The position numbers and the translations under genes are program-made. The notes under the pieces are model-generated. The model saw nothing but the letters and a program-made list of their open reading frames with translations, was not told where the DNA came from and made no database searches. This document shows positions 27,393 through 30,139 of a stretch of DNA of 30,139 nt, one piece after another. Where the stretch lies: IMG/VR virus record IMGVR_UViG_3300032318_002667, positions 1-30,139 of that record. One strand, 5' to 3'. The number at the start of each line of letters is the position of its first letter. Position 1 is the stretch's first letter. The stretch comes from a virus (taxonomy: Duplodnaviria; Caudoviricetes).

Positions 27393-27543
27393 TATTACTT
27401 TAGAAGATATTAATAAACTTTTCGAATATGAAAAGATTGCAAGAGATATAGATAGTATAGATGATATTGAAACCATTAAAGAATTTGCAAAAGCATATGT
27501 TAGATTATATTTGAAACAACAAGAAGTAGTATCTAAACTCTAA
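27379..27543 (+). CDS. small helical protein, 54 aa, possibly NblA-like (MDPTSITLEDINKLFEYEKIARDIDSIDDIETIKEFAKAYVRLYLKQQEVVSKL)
   Basis: Translated by hand; AGGAG SD at 27366-27370 and the stop overlaps the gp13 start (TAATG). The NblA resemblance is by eye only. Confidence 0.75.
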   Translation: MDPTSITLEDINKLFEYEKIARDIDSIDDIETIKEFAKAYVRLYLKQQEVVSKL

Positions 27544-28394
27544 TGGCACAACCATCTACAAGACAAGAACTTATTGATTATTGCAAAAGAAAACTGGGTG
27601 CTCCAGTTTTGGAAATTAATGTTGCAGATGAACAAATTGATGATCTTGTAGATGATACTATTCAATTTTTCCAAGAAAGACATTTTGATGGAGTCTATCC
27701 AACATTTTATAAGTATCAAGTAACAAAAAATGATATTGATCGCGGAAGAGCACGAGGATCAGAGGGAGCACCAACTGTTGGTTTGACAACGATTACTGCA
27801 ACAGCAAACATCGTAGGCACTGCAACAACTTTCAGTTATACTGAAAATAGCAATTATTTGCAAATGCCGCCTAATGTTATAGGAGTAAATAAAATATTTC
27901 AATTTGATGGTTCAAATAGTATTACTAGTAGTATGTTCAGTGTTAAATATCAATTATTTTTAAATGATGTTTATTACTGGGGATCTACTGAACTTTTAAG
28001 TTATGCAATGGTTAAAACATATCTTGAGGATATTGACTTTTTATTAAATACTCAAAAACAAATCAGATTTAATAAAAGACAAGATAGACTTTATTTAGAT
28101 ATTGATTGGAGTTCTGTTACTGTAGGACAGTATTTTGTTATCGACTGTTATAGTACTTTAGATCCAAATGATTATTCTAGAGTATGGAATGATTCGTTCA
28201 TAAAACCATATCTTACTTCTTTAATTAAACGTCAGTGGGGACAGAATTTAATTAAGTTCCAAGGAGTTAAACTTCCTGGAGGCATTGAATTGAATGGGAG
28301 ACAACTTTTTGATGATGCACAAAGAGAAATTGATATTTTGATGGAAAAGATGTCAAATACTTACGAATTACCACCATTAGATATGATAGGATGA
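27543..28394 (+). CDS. gp13: neck protein gp13
   Basis: LIDYCKRKLGAPVLEINV..EQIDD, HFDG and KRQWGQNLIKFQGVKLPGGIELNG motifs. Confidence 0.95.
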   Translation: MAQPSTRQELIDYCKRKLGAPVLEINVADEQIDDLVDDTIQFFQERHFDGVYPTFYKYQVTKNDIDRGRARGSEGAPTVGLTTITATANIVGTATTFSYTENSNYLQMPPNVIGVNKIFQFDGSNSITSSMFSVKYQLFLNDVYYWGSTELLSYAMVKTYLEDIDFLLNTQKQIRFNKRQDRLYLDIDWSSVTVGQYFVIDCYSTLDPNDYSRVWNDSFIKPYLTSLIKRQWGQNLIKFQGVKLPGGIELNGRQLFDDAQREIDILMEKMSNTYELPPLDMIG

Positions 28395-28395
28395 T

Positions 28396-29775
28396 ATGCT
28401 TAATCCATTCTTTCTTCAGGGTTCAGTAACAGAGCAATCTTTAATTCAGGATTTAATTAATGAACAGCTTCGCATGTACGGAGTTGAAATTTATTATGTT
28501 CCTAGACAGTACATTACAAAGAAAACAGTAATTAAAGAAGTCATTCAATCCAAATTCGAAAATGCATATCCTCTTGAAGCATATGTAGTTAATTATGATG
28601 GATATGGTGATAATACAACTATTCTTTCAAAATTCGGTATTCAAGCATTAAATGAATTAATGCTTTCAATATCGAGAGAAAGATTTGAAACTTATATTGT
28701 TCCATTAATTCAAAACTTGCCAAATATAGAATTACCAATAAGACCAAAGGAAGGTGATTTGATATATTTTCCACTTGGAGATAGATTATTTGAAATTAAA
28801 TTTGTAGAGCATGAGCAACCATTCTATCAACTGCAAGGAAATTATACTTATGATTTAAAATGCGAATTGTTCCGCTACGAAGATGAAATTGTTGATACTG
28901 GAGTTGGAGAACTTGATGATAATATAAAAAATGAGGGTTATATTCAAACTCTAAATTTGATTGGTGCAGGTATAACTGCTTCAGCAATTACAGGAATTGT
29001 AAATGGTGGTGTAAGGTATATTACAGTAACAAATAGAGGTGGTGGATATAATAATATTCCAAGAGTTGCAATTTCTTCTGCCCCTTCTGGTGGTATGACA
29101 GCTGTTGGAATTGCCACAATGATTGGTGGAATTATTGACTGTAATGGAACATCTTCACTTAAAGTTCAGGGAATTGAAATTATAAATCCAGGATATGGAT
29201 ATACAGTTGCACCTTCTATACTTTTCTTTGGAGGTGGTGGAGCAGGAGCGGCTGCAACGTCAACAATTGGAAATGGAATTATTGGAATTATAACAGTTAC
29301 TAATGGAGGTTCTGGATATATAGCACCTCCAACAGTAACATTTAGTTCTCCAGGATTTGGCGGAGTTACTGCAATAGCTAATGCAAAAATTAATAGTGTT
29401 GGAATTGTTACTCAAATTACAATTACAGATGCCGGACTTGGATATACTTCAACACCAACAATAACTTTATCTTCTCCTTACATGGTTGGAATTGGAACAT
29501 ATATCTATAATGAATATGTTACTGGAAGTATTAGTGGTACAACAGCAAGGGTAAGAGATTGGAATGCAATAACGGGACAATTAAAAGTATATAAAATTGA
29601 TGGCAGTTTTGTAAATGGCGATATTATTGCAGGGGCTGCGTCTTCTGCATTCTATAAGTTGAGAACAGCAATTGAAAATAATACTTCAGACTTATTTGCA
29701 GACAATGCAACTATAGAACAAGAGGCTGATGGAATAATTGATTTTAGTGAAAAGAATCCATTTGGAATACCCTAA
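28396..29775 (+). CDS. gp14: neck/head-closure protein gp14, with a Gly-rich insertion
   Basis: LIQDLINEQLRMYG, SKFG, RPKEGDLIYFP, FEIKFVEHEQPFYQL and DFSEKNPFG motifs. Confidence 0.93.
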   Translation: MLNPFFLQGSVTEQSLIQDLINEQLRMYGVEIYYVPRQYITKKTVIKEVIQSKFENAYPLEAYVVNYDGYGDNTTILSKFGIQALNELMLSISRERFETYIVPLIQNLPNIELPIRPKEGDLIYFPLGDRLFEIKFVEHEQPFYQLQGNYTYDLKCELFRYEDEIVDTGVGELDDNIKNEGYIQTLNLIGAGITASAITGIVNGGVRYITVTNRGGGYNNIPRVAISSAPSGGMTAVGIATMIGGIIDCNGTSSLKVQGIEIINPGYGYTVAPSILFFGGGGAGAAATSTIGNGIIGIITVTNGGSGYIAPPTVTFSSPGFGGVTAIANAKINSVGIVTQITITDAGLGYTSTPTITLSSPYMVGIGTYIYNEYVTGSISGTTARVRDWNAITGQLKVYKIDGSFVNGDIIAGAASSAFYKLRTAIENNTSDLFADNATIEQEADGIIDFSEKNPFGIP

Positions 29776-29799
29776 ATAGTGCATATTATTTGTTAAATA
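29772..29799 (+). promoter_or_regulatory. tandem late-promoter-like motifs before gp15
   Basis: CTAAATA (29772-29778, overlapping the gp14 stop) and GTTAAATA (29792-29799). Confidence 0.5.
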
Positions 29800-29821
29800 G
29801 TTAATATAATCATTTCCTAAC

Positions 29822-30139
29822 ATGTTTGAATATTTTTACCACGAGATACTAAGAAACACAATTATTGGATTTGGAACGTTATTTAATGACATTTCAATTA
29901 AACATGTCGATAATTCAGATAATGTTGTTAGTGTAATAAAAGTTCCTATTGCTTATGGTCCAACACAAAAATTCTTAGCGAGATTGGAACAAGTTCCAGA
30001 TCTCAACAAACCAGTTCAAATTTCTTTGCCAAGAATGTCTTTTGAATTTATTGGATTGACATATGATACGACAAGAAAAGTAACAACAACTCAGACATTT
30101 ACAACTAGTCTTTCTGAAGATGGTAAGCAAATAAGAAAA
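29822..30139 (+). CDS. gp15: tail sheath stabiliser/terminator gp15, 5' part (runs off the window)
   Basis: Translated by hand: MFEYFYHEILRNTIIGFGTLFNDI...KVPIAYGPTQKFLARL...LPRMSFE...YDTTRK. Confidence 0.92.
   Translation, partial: MFEYFYHEILRNTIIGFGTLFNDISIKHVDNSDNVVSVIKVPIAYGPTQKFLARLEQVPDLNKPVQISLPRMSFEFIGLTYDTTRKVTTTQTFTTSLSEDGKQIRK

Noticed and set aside
19325-27543. Absence of gp9-gp12 and wac between gp8 and gp13 as a novelty
   Set aside because: As far as I know, this gene order is usual for T4-like cyanophages.
3886-28987. Short antisense or alternate-frame ORFs inside structural genes (3886, 9166, 9881, 14938, 15552, 16001, 19252, 21191, 22655, 23117, 23442, 24401, 28796)
   Set aside because: They are shadow ORFs overlapping long conserved genes, expected from codon bias, with no independent signals.

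Overview
Window of a T4-like (Kyanoviridae-type) cyanomyophage genome, with all credible genes on the + strand. From about 3.3 kb to the end it holds the late virion module: gp25, gp6, a giant gp7-like baseplate protein split into two ORFs, gp8, a 2608-aa DUF4815/VrlC-like virion protein, two small ORFs (one NblA-like), gp13, gp14 and the 5' part of gp15. Late promoters of the (N)ATAAATA/CTAAATA type punctuate this module. The first ~3.3 kb is a dense accessory and regulatory region with small ORFs (several missed by the ORF track), a GT-A glycosyltransferase-like gene and near-consensus sigma70 promoters. The most notable structure is a tandem array of three H-type RNA pseudoknots (871-994) ahead of a 44-aa peptide gene. 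The region also has a perfect 19-bp inverted repeat with a late-promoter motif in its loop, a promoter-driven G/T-skewed non-coding tract (origin candidate) and a homopolymer frameshift in a small membrane-protein gene. Family assignments come from recognising motifs and gene order, not from database searches.
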